NCBI GenBank assembly: GCA_002633005.1
Contig: NMRA01000219.1
Span: 181,236 to 245,235 of the forward strand
Direction: 5' to 3'
Source of the DNA: Phoronis australis
Lineage: Eukaryota > Animalia > Phoronida
DNA: 64,000 nucleotides
Below, one piece after another: positions 24,671 through 63,069 of the stretch. The notes beneath the pieces were generated by a model. The model was not told the origin of the DNA. It saw only the letters and a program-made list of their open reading frames with translations, and ran no database searches. How positions within the stretch are numbered: the stretch's first letter is position 1; each line of letters starts with the position of its first letter. The position numbers and the translations under genes were made by a program.

Positions 24671-26039
24671 TTCTGAAAGAAAAAGAGGAGATAATTCTTA
24701 ACACAATGCTTAATATCATTACAGATGTATTACAAGTGTACTAATTTTAAAATTTAAAATGTAGATTTTCCTTGTTAAAAACATGGCTTTAGTAAGCCAG
24801 AGTAGTTTACTGCTGTTTACAACTAGTAGATAGTGATGCATAACTGAGGTTTAGCCCTGGGTGGAAACATGTACAAATAAATGGCTGATAACATTCGAAT
24901 GAAAGTTACAGATACACTTACATTACGATAATTTGCAAATATTTTGTGGAAGAGGCGGTTCTTAGTTTGAGCAACTGGTTAATACCTCAAACTTCCTCGT
25001 AACATCACCCACTCAACAAAATATTGTGAGCTATGCACTTTGCCAAAAACATTGCTGGGAAAGTTTTGAAGATCAATTTCATACATGCTAATGAAAAAAG
25101 ATTGTTTGCAAAACTATGATAGCATTTTCAAGATTATATATTGAATATTTCTATCAATACAAATTTGGCCCTTTTCTAAAAACCTTTGTTCCATTTTTTC
25201 TGCAAGTTTTTACTAAAAGGACATTCACATGCCCCCATTGGAAGCCAGATTCAGAAATTGAATTCTACACACACTGCGTACTTTCAGAAAGACATGCACT
25301 TTCATTTCCACCAGTCAAGTTTGCAAATATCTGTATTTGGCACAAACTTACTTGATCAGGTTACTCACTCAAGTGTAAAGACTGAAATGTTTTTCAACAT
25401 TCCTCTTGAGAATGTGTAAAGTCTCGATATTCAGTTAGACTTGACCCAAAACTTAAGAAATTTAAGCAAAATGAGAAAGTCTTTTCAAGTCATTACTTTT
25501 TTGGCTTCCTTCTTTAGAACTAGATCTAAAATTTGAACTACAAAGCAGCTGCGACTGCATTTCATTACAAAGAAACAACTTTTGATTTTGGCCACATAGT
25601 CAACGTTGTGAAATTAGTCCCAAATTGTTCCTTAATCAAATTGGACGATTTCACTGAGGGCTTCGAACTTATACAGTTCGTTATTGCTTGGTATCAGGCT
25701 CTACAATTAAGTTGACTTGGTGTCATTTTATGCATTCGGCATGATCTCAAGGATTACTTATGAACTGTCAGTTCTTTGCAAACCGAACACTTCTCATCTG
25801 GATTAATGAACACTAATGAGTAGAGATCCATGGCACTGTCATTAGCCCAACTACGGGGCGCTCGACTCCACGCTGACCGTCACTGATTCAGTTCAGGGAC
25901 ATAGCCTAAATGTTGACCAACAACGAATTAGTTTTAAAAGTATGAGGTCCGCAATAAAAAACTGTATGAGTTCAAGTTATAACTGGGCCCCTGTGGCTGC
26001 GTACTGACCCCTGAAATCAGTGCTCAACTCGACAAATGA

Positions 26040-26480
26040 AGAGACAACGGTGTTTGTAATTCATGCAGTCAATACTCACCGCTTTGCCTTTTGGCATCAC
26101 GACCACAGCTATTCGTTGTACAAGATCTTAGAAACTTTACACTGATTACAGAGTACAAATACTTCACAGGCTTGGGTCATATCTGAAAATACATCTTACA
26201 TGACATGAGCCGATAACAGCACAGTGTGTCTGTTACCTTATTTGGTAAACAAAACTCCCACCTGGAAGTGTTTGTTGTTTTTTCTCAATAGATGTCGCAG
26301 CATACATTGAGCATTAGTCTCGAACCCAGCCTTTTAAAATCGCGTTAGTCTCGAACAGACACTTTGTCACAGTCAATGAGCTATATACATAGTTATTTAT
26401 ATTTATCTCATTGGTCACAGTCTCAGTGGTATTAGTCTCCTGAACAGACCCTCGAGGTTATCCGTGACGTCACCTTGTGA
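26040..26480 (-). promoter_or_regulatory. Probable FBXL8 non-coding first exon and promoter region
   Basis: Minus-strand donor G|GTGAGT at 26040; palindromic CRE GTGACGTCAC at 26464-26473; locally more CpG. Confidence 0.4.
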
Positions 26481-26940
26481 GGCCCGGGAACCACTGAGGT
26501 TACAGTGGTATGGACCTCTCGATATTGACATCGGGCCCCGGGGTTAAAGTTTAATATTTGTGATCGAATCGAACTCGAAATTATTTTTGACGTTGACCAT
26601 TCTTTTTCTATAGGGATTCAAGATAAGTATCTATTATTCTGCGTTCGATTATTGTCCGGTTTATGCAGATGAGATAGTCGGCCCTGGTGATCTGACTGAT
26701 CCCCGGTGAGTATCAAGTAAAAACTGGATATCTCGAGCAAAAACTTAAATTTATAGTTCAAACTCGAACATTTAGCCTTAATGCTGGGTTCAACAAGTGC
26801 TGCACTAGTGAGCATTAGACAATTATTCACGTAAACCATTATATACATGATAAGCGGTTTATCGACGAGCTAGAAAGTACCGGGCCGCACGGGAAAATAA
26901 TTTCCATGGAGCCTGAGTTCCATTTCGAGAAAAAAATTCG

Positions 26941-27175
26941 CATGCGCGCACTCGTGGGGGGAGGCTCGTTCGAGCACTCCGATCCCTCAGAACTGAAAAC
27001 AAAAAGTCCGAACAAAGTAGACTGAAAACGACACAAAAGTCCACTACTGAAAAAGGTAGGAATTCGGCTAATGCACAACTTATAGCTCTGAACGTACCCT
27101 GTTTTTTTAGTAAAAGGTCGACATTCTCAAAAATTCGAGCCCCACCCCCCTATTTTTAGGCTGGATGCGCGCATG
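26941..27175 (+). mobile_element. MITE family B copy, 5-bp TSD ATTCG/ATTCC
   Basis: CATGCGCGCA...TGCGCGCATG perfect 10-bp TIR; shares aaacaaaaagtccga, gtccactactgaaaaagg and aaattcgagcccc with the other copies. Confidence 0.85.
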
Positions 27176-28185
27176 ATTCCATCCTGGACCTTGGTTCTTA
27201 ACTGGACAGTTAATGATACAGTCAATCATATATGGTTTATTTCATGTAACAGGCCTCCGGCGGCCCACATTACAACATGACGTAGAGAGTACAAGATTTT
27301 CAAATCTAAATTCAGAATCAGTCAAACACTGTGGAATTAAATGGACTCGGCTACGGCGGCCACGAAAACACATTTTTGGAATTATTCATTTGGATACGGC
27401 CGGGATAGACTTTTAGTAATTAACTTCGACCAGAGCTATAATGCAGCAAAATCGTTTGTTTTTGTGATTTTTACGATTAAGTAGCCAATTCTCGCCATTT
27501 CAAAATCAAGGCCGGTAACTTTTTCTAGATGCTCATGTACGTACGTCACCGAGCTCGGTTTTGGTTTAGCTATGCCTCACAACTGTGCACCACTCAGTGT
27601 TTGCATCTCGTGAATGAGGTTATCCATGAGAAGCAATTAAATAAATTGTCTCAGTAAACTAGATGACTGAGGGAAAGAACTAGGAGACAATATGTGTTCA
27701 AATACAAATCAGGTTATTGCTTCCCGCAGTTTGATGAACAAAAAATATCACATAGGCTCACTCCCGTTTAGTCCGTGGTAGGCAATACCGGTTTTTAGAG
27801 GCTTCTTGGTATCAATCTTTTTCGTTAACCACCAGACCAGTCTTTTGTCCGCCTTTGACAACGCAAACGCAAATTATCTACCTCGCTGAATGAATATATT
27901 AATGTAAACACACATCGACTGAAAACTGTTGTCAACAATTAAAACCCATCACAGCGTTTTGGCCAATTGTTTTCATATGTTTTTTTCGCGAAAGAAGGAT
28001 TCTGCACTAACTTTTCAATCAAGAGGAATTCAATGTCAAAAGCCAAACGCGTCAAAAAATAGCAGTTCCTGTCCTTGACATTTCAAAGTCTGTATTTCAT
28101 TGCAGCTATTGTGGTAATTGGCCTGCACAACACAATACGATGAACTTTTGTCATGAAGGCGGACGGCGACACTGAGATCTACGAC

Positions 28186-28800
28186 ATGAACTTGCATTGG
28201 AATTCCTTACCATCCAAAATAAAAGAAAAAACTTCAATCGTCAGTCTCAAAAACAACTTACTGCATACCACTACTCACGACTTGCCAGTCCCAGGGATAT
28301 CATTCCAACTTCCTTGAAACCTTAAAACAATCTATACAGATCAAGATGCGAACTCTTATTCCTAAACAACGACAAATTCAGACATAATTTTAATAACATA
28401 ATACTTCTTTGCGGTATTCGGGTACACTCGAACAATACCCCAATGTTTGCAAAACATATTCAGATATTCCTCAAATGTATAGCAATTTTTTCTTCATGGA
28501 TGTAAAGAACTCGACAGAAATGAAATTAGTAACAAAATTTCATTTTTGACATTAAATCTCTGTGTGAGTGGATAAAATTGTTTACATGTAAAAAAAACTT
28601 ATTGTGTATGAAAATGATTTATTTACATTCCTAATCCAAGTCATTGTAATCTTAACATCATTTTTTATAATTTGTGTATTTGTGTATAATAATTGTATAT
28701 AGATTTCTTTGTATTTATTTAATCCAGATACAATGCCTCTTGGTGCATTCTGGGGATGTATATTTATTGTACTGAATATTTCATAATAAACATTAAAAAA
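28186..28800 (+). pseudogene. Decayed 3' end of a non-LTR retrotransposon (CR1/L2-group-like ORF2 C-terminus and tail)
   Basis: Broken frames give HWNSLPSKIKEKTSIVSLKNNL and LNNDKFRHNF, resembling the WNxLP...SFKxxL and LNxxLFRHN motifs after the RT domain; followed by an AT-rich tail with AATAAA and an A run near 28785-28800. Confidence 0.5.
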
Positions 28801-31037
28801 GGCAACACTGCTATTTCCGGTTGATGCAGAGAAGTACTGTCCAACTACATGATACCACTGAACCGTCCGGTTTCCCAATGTTAGTTGAACACAGACTGGA
28901 CCGCACTGAGATCCCTATATTAAACCAAAGTGTTTATATTGCTACCAAGCATGGTGGACAAAACCTCAGAAGAATCACACTTTACAAAGAACCGGAAGGT
29001 TCAAGATTTGTGCACGTAGCTCTAGCGATTGAGTTTGCGTACTAGTCTCAATGGCTTAGCCATCATAAAGAGGTAAAGAACAGAAAATAATATTCATTTT
29101 GGCACTGAGAAATCAAGTTACCCTAGTTGTCTACTGTGCTTATGGCCTGCTAGTGTAGAATAGCAGATGTTCGGAATCTGGCACTGGGAGAGTGCGGAAT
29201 ACAAGCCACATATGCCCACAAGGGAAAAATATGAAATCTGGGCTGAACTTTTTTGTCTCAGGCAAAGAACACTCGGTAATTATACGTGTATGGTCTCAGC
29301 AGTTACCATAGCTAATCCAACACGAATAAATTTGCCCTAGGCATCACTTAGTTTTCTCTTCATCTGTGATTTTTCTAATACTCGTATTTACTGAATTGCT
29401 GCTCGATTTTATTTTCATACTTTTTCTTTCCGGATATAACCTTTGTAACGTACGAAAAAAGAATATTTGTACTGAACCGAAAGTGTTCTCGGCTCCTAAC
29501 ACTGATGATACGAGCAGTGGGTATGGGGATACCCTTTATTTATAATCAGGATTATGGCTAGTTACGGTTTTAAAAGCATGCTTATCCCGTTCATCTGATT
29601 GAAATACAACCGATGACTTCATCTTTGATTGACTAATCACGCACCAAATGTTTGGTAAACTGTAGCAGACTGGAGTCTGGGTATGAAACTATGTACTTTA
29701 CCTTTGGCTGATACCCGTTGCAGTATAACCCAACAATCATTGACTGTATTCGTAGGAATTTCAGTGCTGCCGAGTATCCTTGGGAAAGTGTACTTGACGA
29801 CTATAGGCAATTTTTGTGCCTGCCAGCTCTTGGGACACAAAATATGAAATTCTCCAGAGCCTTAATCCGAGGCGCCAAAAATGCCCAAGTGTTCTCAATC
29901 GAACTTGATCTCCTGATTTTGAAACATTCAGGTCTGTACTCAAACTCAAAGAGAGGTGTTTTTGATAATGTAATGGACCAGATTACTTAAATCCAAAACA
30001 TCAAAACTCACCCTGCTAAAAAAACCACGACAAAAAGTTCAACACCAACCAAGAACCAAAAGTACGCTTTTCAAGGAGGGCTCTACATGTGGCTTTAAAT
30101 CAAGCCAATTCTCTTTTTCAATTAACTAGCACGACATGACTGAGTTATCCTGCACCGAAGGCCATCAGTATTTGGTCACTATACAAACAAAAACAACCGT
30201 AATTTTATTATCAATTTATATTGTACAAAATCTCTATTCACATATGCCATCAGATAAGATGCTTCACATACACCAAAACATCGGTTAGTGTGATAATGCT
30301 CATCAACTGAACAGATGAATTCATCGCAATGGACAAAGGCTAAAACGATGGCAAAGCATGATGTAGACCAAGTGGCTGATACAATCCTTAAAGATACATT
30401 GAGCGCAACACTCAAAGATAAAATAAGAATGAAAAAGTGTATTAAGCTGAAAATAACAACTTTGACCTCCGTTTTGATAACATCATAACGACAGACAACA
30501 GCAAGTGTACCTTGCCTTATATCACGACTTTTTATGACCTTCACAAATTAAACTAAATCGTAACATTTAGCAATGGCCATTGAGTGACTTGATGTCCGAA
30601 TGTGCTAGTCATATTACCCAAACAGTGCTCAATATACCTTTTGTAAGTATCGGTCAAATCTAAGAGTTTTCAACTTCAAAAAATAATTTTAAAACAAACA
30701 TGTCAATGTTTCACAATGCAGCTTAAAAAGACACAATCTGACCATCTATTTCTGTACAAATGTGGCATATTTTTCAACTTAATATTCTACACGGTGCCAT
30801 CAACTGGACAGAGTGCACACACAAAGACTGAAACTGAACCTTCCCGCCAACAGCAATAAACCATGTATCACCCGTCTTGCTCATTCAGCTACCAATGAAC
30901 GTGTACACAAACAGTTCAAGGTATCCTTCAACAATAGACACACCGACATTTTATCATTCCACGACAACCCTGATCAGTCAATAGCTTCCAATCAGTCATT
31001 GCAGCTGTAGACACAACCCTTGGCAGAGCGCTGATGT

Positions 31038-56355
<25,318 letters not shown>

Positions 56356-57723
56356 CTTCAGCTGAACTGAAAATGCAGAACGTCAAGTTACAGTAAAACC
56401 AATCTCAGAGCAAGAAACTGCTTACTGGGAATCGGATATTCAGTGTCCCGCTCGGTTGTGCCGACCACATGTCATCTATTGCCAAATGTGGGAACAACTG
56501 ATTGCAGTCTGGCCGATGGGTCTACACTGCAAAAGTGACCTGTCTGTAAATACTGACATGCAGATAAAGGCAGAAATGTAATGGAGCATAGTTTAATCTA
56601 AACTTTGCCAAAAATCAAAATCTTACCCAGTTTCCAACGTAACAGTCCCTGGGGCAAAATTTCCAACCTGGATTTGGCAATTTTACCAGAAATATCGTAC
56701 CACTTAACACAATTAGGCAGAGAATCAAACATTTCTCGACTGAAATGGCGCAAATCTAGATCTAATGAATTGAGTGTTGTTTTGAATGGGGTAAAAAAAG
56801 CCTTTTTGATGAGACGAAAACTTACCAGTAAGCCAAATTTGCCCTACTGCAATTTAGCATACATACAAGTTTTTAATGAATAAAATTTTGCTTAGGCGAA
56901 AATGTCATCATCTCTTCAAAGACATCAAGAGCATACCATTTTCAAGACAAAGACAGAATTTCCTTCGTTACAAAATCCTGATACTAATTTTAGAAAATGG
57001 CATTTATCAGTCTGCTTTTCACTTATAAACAGTTGTAATGGGCAATGTGAGAGTCAGCTGACGCTGAGTTTTTCCTTACACTGATACACCATACAACTGT
57101 TTTCTCTACATGTAAAAGTTTCATAAGATGATGAGCAGGCACAATCTCAATTTTTACAGCTTTCACTGAGGGTGTACTTTAGACCAAAGTCAGCCCAAAC
57201 TTGACAATCGCATAAAATGGTTATAAAAGACGGAACTAAACTCCTTCTGCACACTGAAAAATATCTGAATGAACTGACAATCCTCCACTGTTTTATTAGT
57301 TCATTAGTCTTTAAACTAGAGTCAAACCTTGCCAGCCCACATAGGGATATTCCTGGATTGCGTCATTAGCGCATAACAAATAAAACGGCGCAAGAACATT
57401 GCAGTAGTGTGCCCCCAAGGTGCAGCTTTTAAAACGCATAAAACTCTTCCAAAAATATAAGATTCTAGTCAACTTACAGCCAGTAAGGTAAAACATGACT
57501 CTGATCATATTTTGATGGCCCTTGCAGTTTCCACTTCATCAGTTATCACTTTAATTGCACTAAGTCTTCCAGGCACAACTTTTAGAATAAGGCACAGGTT
57601 CAAACCTTGTAAGGAATATCCCTGAGCACATGAATGCGTGATGCCAGGAAGTAAAGGAGAAGGGACACTGCTGTGACGTTGAGCTTACTTTGGTTGTCTG
57701 TACACCAATTTATCGAAACACCG

Positions 57724-57884
57724 CAGTGGCGGATTTAGAGGGGGGTCAAGGGGGCCATGCCCCCCCTCCCAAATTTCTCCCAGATTCCATTTTGCAGTTC
57801 CATGGTGCGAATATCTGACGGGCAAAATGCTGGCTAACACTTTGCTCTGGCCCCCAATAATTCAAAATCCTGTATCCGCCCCTG
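57724..57884 (+). mobile_element. MITE family C (CAGTGGCGGAT...ATCCGCCCCTG) in the first PRPF8 intron
   Basis: Imperfect TIR; shares gggcaaaat.ctggctaacact and aattcaaaatcctg with 59521-59681. Confidence 0.8.
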
Positions 57885-58499
57885 CAACTCAGTGCTGTCA
57901 TCAGATCAGATTATGTTTCATGGTTAACTTTGTTGCAAGAAGAAGAGCTACATTGCAGAAGCAAACACATCAAAACACATAAGCTGCATTTTGGCAACAA
58001 GATGCTCGCAGTATGGTTAGTCAGTTTTCTGCAGTGTTTATGCAAACAACACGGTTGTGTTCCTTAATGATACGTTACACCATAAATATAATTTAATAAC
58101 AGAACAATTCCGTGAGTCTTCACTTCAGTAAAGAATTTACTAACAACCCACACACATGGTCATGGAAAATGTGTCAACGTTTGATACTTATGTCGCAGCT
58201 CGCTTGACTGTAGACGAGACCTTTATATTACTATACTCACTGCAGATTCACCACAGATTATTACAAATTCCTTTGATAACTTAAGCTTTCCAGAACTGTC
58301 TGTCACGAATCGAGGATGGACAAGCGTGCGAATCACCGAAACGAATGCGTGCGGTGTTAGAGTTATTAGACACAGAACGGCACGAGTTGCGGTCAAGTAA
58401 CTGAGATCGAAGACACAGTTTCTACCATGCAGCGTGACAAGGGATGTGCTAATATTAAACCGGGAAATAACGGTGTTAAAACAATAGAATCATACTTAC

Positions 58500-58660
58500 A
58501 CTANATATCACTAAAATAGGTATTTATTTAGCGCAACTGACAAAGACAACACCAAAATCCAATATGGCGACCTCCGTACAGCATACGTCGTGACGTCACC
58601 AATGTAGGTCAACTGCACATATGTGGGTCAACATTTTTCATAGCAGGAACCAATGAGATA
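58500..58660 (-). promoter_or_regulatory. Probable PRPF8 non-coding exon 1 and core promoter
   Basis: Minus-strand donor T|GTAAGT at 58500; acceptor at 56367-56368 just upstream of the ATG. YY1-like AATATGGCG at 58561-58569, CRE palindrome GTGACGTCAC at 58590-58599, CCAAT at 58599 and 58650. Confidence 0.6.
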
Positions 58661-59520
58661 AGTACGGATATGTATTGTAGCTAATTGATGGGAACTATCA
58701 ATGAGCTCAATTTATGTCATTGGGAAATATAGTGTAACAATCTTTGGGCTTTATCTCATTACATTAATCTAGGGCCACGTTAATTCACTTTGTAGAAGTG
58801 CGTAAGGTCTATGTTTCTAGCAGAGACCCCAGCCGTCAAGTCTACTTTATTACAGTAGTTAGCAATCATGCCCGCCGGGGTTTTAAATTTTTGCTTTTTC
58901 TAACCGGCCTGAGGTTGCGATATGTTTCATAAATTCGAAATCGGCTAATTCAACGCTGCTGAAAAAATCATGGTCAATACTTTGCTCTTTTCAAAGGATT
59001 GGCATACACACTGACAGAACGTGAATTCTGAGTACTACCCTGTTCAGTTGGATATTACCAGGACTTCAGTTTTTTACATTTAGTCAGTCATTCTCACACA
59101 CAATACAAACAAGCGGTAAAATTAAACTGCGTTCATAGACTATAGTACATCTGCTGTCTATAATCTATGCTGCGATATATACGAACAATGTTTTATCTGC
59201 ATGCTTTCCCAATCACGGCATGGGGTCACCTGTGCGATTTTATTTACATCCATCTATTCGGCAGTCTGTATCATACCCTTGACAAAGAGCGCATTGCTCG
59301 AAACGTGGGAAATTTTTAATGTATTTTAATACAGAAGCTCGTCGCACTATTTTATGTTCATATACGTCGGTAACTATACACGGCATTCCAGCAACTTATG
59401 TAAATAATCGCGGCGCTTTTTCAACATTTATTTGTTTGCAAGTCTTACATTTTCACTATTTTTTAAATCTTACTGCAGATCGCCTGATCGGAACAACGAG
59501 TTTCGTATGACTATTAAGCC

Positions 59521-59681
59521 CATTGGCGGACTTAGAGGGGAGCCATGGGCTACCCTAAAATTCTCCTAGGTTCCGTATGCATTGGGCAGTTTGGGGGTGC
59601 GAATGTCTGAGGGGCAAAATCCTGGCTAACACTCTGCCCTGCACCCCCTCCCCCCAATTCAAAATCCTGGATCCGCTTTTG
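59521..59681 (+). mobile_element. MITE family C copy, 5-bp TSD AAGCC
   Basis: CATTGGCGGA...ATCCGCTTTTG flanked by AAGCC at 59516-59520 and 59682-59686. Confidence 0.8.
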
Positions 59682-62178
59682 AAGCCCCTCATCATCGATA
59701 ATACTTTCCTGATATCGGTCTTCAAAAAACAGTATTTTTCGAACTCTTTGATCGAAAGATGAATATCGATATTTTCATCCACTATGAAACCTACGAAAAT
59801 ATTGTATTTCTTTTTCACATACACTGGTCTTCATTATGAAATGTTTCTTTTTATGAGTCTCGTGTATTTGGTTGTTTGCTCTTCATATGTTTTGTTGCTG
59901 CTGTGCCTCACATTAAAGGCACGTTACACAAGTACTCGAAACTGGAAACGGTGAAACTAATTCCATCAGCGGGTCACCATCCTTCCATTATCGGGACACT
60001 TTGTTTCTCACAAAAAGGTTTGTGATTTCTCAAAAATAATCCGAAAGAGAGATTCACCTTCCTTGATGAAAAGTTACCTATTTCTCAAAAACAGGAAAAG
60101 AGAGTTAAATGGTCCCTACATTGGGGCACCTCTGCCAGTGACCTGTTAGGGAAATAGCATACACGTATTAGAAAAACAGAAAAAGGTTACACGCGGATGC
60201 CACCAGCGGACCCACATAAGAACTGACACTCGATCAAATAATTCACAATTTTCGAGAGGGGCCCTGGAGAAATAGTTTTACAATCCATAAAAAGCGTCTT
60301 TGAATTTAAAAATGAATCAATTGCTCCAGAACAACTATGCATACGTTTTATCGGACTTTTTCAAAGTGTTTATAATAAGTCCGCTAACTCCGCAAAAATA
60401 ACGACATTAGCGATGCTGGTGATAACGATGATCATGAAGATGGAACGATTGAAGATGGATACGCACTTTTTGAAACAAGAAGTGTTGCGAGCCGCGTTCG
60501 CTGTAGTGACTCAAGGCTCCGAAGTTCGTGTGAACTCTCCCCTCAGCATCCAACGCCAGCAACCACCATACATGTAGCTTCACCTGACCACGTACGCCAT
60601 TGGTGTTCCGTGGTCCACGATACCAACCATTTCCCTTCACTGCAGATCAAATAGTTCCTGTTCATTCAAGGATTGTTCGGAAATACTCACGAGCGTCCCA
60701 TCATTCCTCATGAAGGGAGGTTAAAGATATAATATTTGCATGCTCCAAACTATGCTAAAGCATAGCAGGAACGAAACTTCATTGCTATTTGAACATCATC
60801 TACGTTAAACAAAGTGCAGTTTTATTCACCAACAACTTGTCAGGCTCGTAGGAAGGCGAAAATTATTGGGGGGGGAACAAACCATTTCGACTTCGCCAAA
60901 CTACCCNATTTGTACCGAATCTCTCACGTCCGCCCAAGGTGGGAGACAATCCCGGGGATGCAGCCATCAAGAGTTGAGTAATCGTGAACCAACACGGAGA
61001 GTAAAAATAGGACCAATAAACTAACCGGTAACGAAGAGCTGCCCCAAGAAGCTATAGCTGAGATCTAACCGAAATTCCCGATGAACTAAAGCTAGTTGCT
61101 GGTCAGCTTAGCTACGATTCACTTGAGACAGGCAGCTCGTGTCGGCCCTCTGCACTGTCTCTAAGGTCAAGAATCGTTTTATTGTGACCCAGCCTAGGGA
61201 AAACTATATTTTATTATGGTCATTCTTTGAAAGAGTTTTTTGTAAAGGTGAGGTACCGAGGTCCATGGTATAGTGCCTTTGGGGCTGCTTCAAAATTTAT
61301 CGTTGAAACACGACAGGCAGTGCAGTTTCTGGTGATTGGGGAAAATGATAGAGTGTTTCCCAAAAATGTACACACTTCAACGCCTGAAGTTCAGTTACCG
61401 TGGATCCTTGAGATTCTGCGCGGACCTACTGCATGGTCATATCTTATTTTCAACGTGGGTTCATCAGTTTTGATGTGCACGGGAATCATGCAAGCAAAAA
61501 ATTCAGTTTTGAAGAATGAAAATCCATTGCTCCATACCACGAGAAAATAAAAACACCAAGCAAGTAGGAAGACATCCTTTCCAAGCAATGAGTTTAAATT
61601 TATTTATTTAAGGACTTTTAGAATTTTTTTCGATCTACGGTTTGTGATTCTGAATTTCATAAATGTCTTTGAATTTATTAGGCACAAATCTTCTAAGTGT
61701 ACTTTACTATTTGAGGATCGTATTACAGAGTTTTTCCAACTTCAGGATGCAATTAAATTCACTGAAATATCAGTATTTCTTAGATTAGTTTCTAGTTGTC
61801 AAAACTCATCTTATGAATCTATCGATTTTCGTAGATACATAAACAAGTAAAATAGAAACTAACGAATTTGTTTATCAAAATGTTATAAACAATTTCCGCA
61901 GAGATGCTCGATGATTTTTTTATGGGTAACCGGGGGAACATGGGAGATGGGGGCATTCGTATTAAGGTGTATTTTTGCTCATTTCACAGGCACATATGCC
62001 TACAACGGTTCCCGAGGTAAATTTGAACTCCGTTGACAAAGAACGGTGAAATCGTTGTTTAAGATTGCGAGAGTTCTTCGAGTACCCCCTTTCGACATGT
62101 ACGCGGTCATCAGAAATAGTAGCATAGACAGCAGTTTCCACATGTGCCGGAAATGCCTTACAAACAAATCATTGTAAC

Positions 62179-62436
62179 CATGCATGCAACCAGGGGGCTC
62201 GGGGAGCTCGCACGAACCCCTCCCCCCATTTGGCGAAGTGGGCAAAAAGGTCCGCCTCAGAGAAAAACAAGACTAAAGTCCACTAAAAAGGCAAAAAGCC
62301 AGGAATTTGGCGGGAATGCTCAATTCATAGCTCAGATCGTAGTACCCCGTTTTTTTCTTGGTCCTCGTTTTTTTTGTAAAAAGTCCACATTCTCAAAAAT
62401 TCGAGCCCCCTATACTTTAGGCTGGGAGAGCCGATG
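62179..62436 (+). mobile_element. MITE family B copy (degenerate TIRs), TSD GTAAC/ATAAC
   Basis: Internal ccccccatttgg...caaaaaggtccgcctca...aaagtccactaaaaagg...aaattcgagcccc matches 13520-13773. Confidence 0.8.
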
Positions 62437-63069
62437 ATAACCATCTTCAAAAGAGATACTATTCTTGTGATACTATGGGAAACAGTAACATTATTTTATA
62501 ACTAACCACCGGAAATAGTCACAAACAGTGGTCTTCACATTCTTCAATATTGCACCCTTTCAAATGCTGTCAATCCTATTGTATTTTGTTCACATTTTTT
62601 GGTTGTTTGGGTGGAATGTCTTGATACTGCTGTGTCGGGCACGAATGTTTTGTATTTTTTGATGAATTTGGAATCTCCAGTTCCCTCGTGAATACTTGGC
62701 AGTGTCGGATTTACATGTATAGACGGACAAGGGACATTTCCCTCGAAATGCTTCACCGAGAGAGGGTCCCATCTGAAATCGGACACCTCAAGATGAAAGG
62801 CTACACATCATTGAGCTTGAACGTTGTGTTTCTAACTAATTTGACCAAGCAATCACAACGAAAAGGAACTATAAGCGTGCAAGTTCCACTTTAAGGATTT
62901 TTCAATAAGTATCATGGTACAGTTGAACAGATTTATTTTTTTGTTATAAACCATACTTCGTTTAAATACTTGAAATATTTTCCAATCCTAGGAGCATGAT
63001 TTTTGTTTTACATTGGTAGTCTATTAGTTTGTAATTATTTCAGAACACAATTCAATTAACTAATTAATG

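Noticed and set aside
30179-30544. RT-like motif RDIRQG in a 121-aa minus-strand ORF
   Set aside because: The following PLSP and YADD motifs are missing, and the region probably overlaps or follows the PRPF8 3' UTR.
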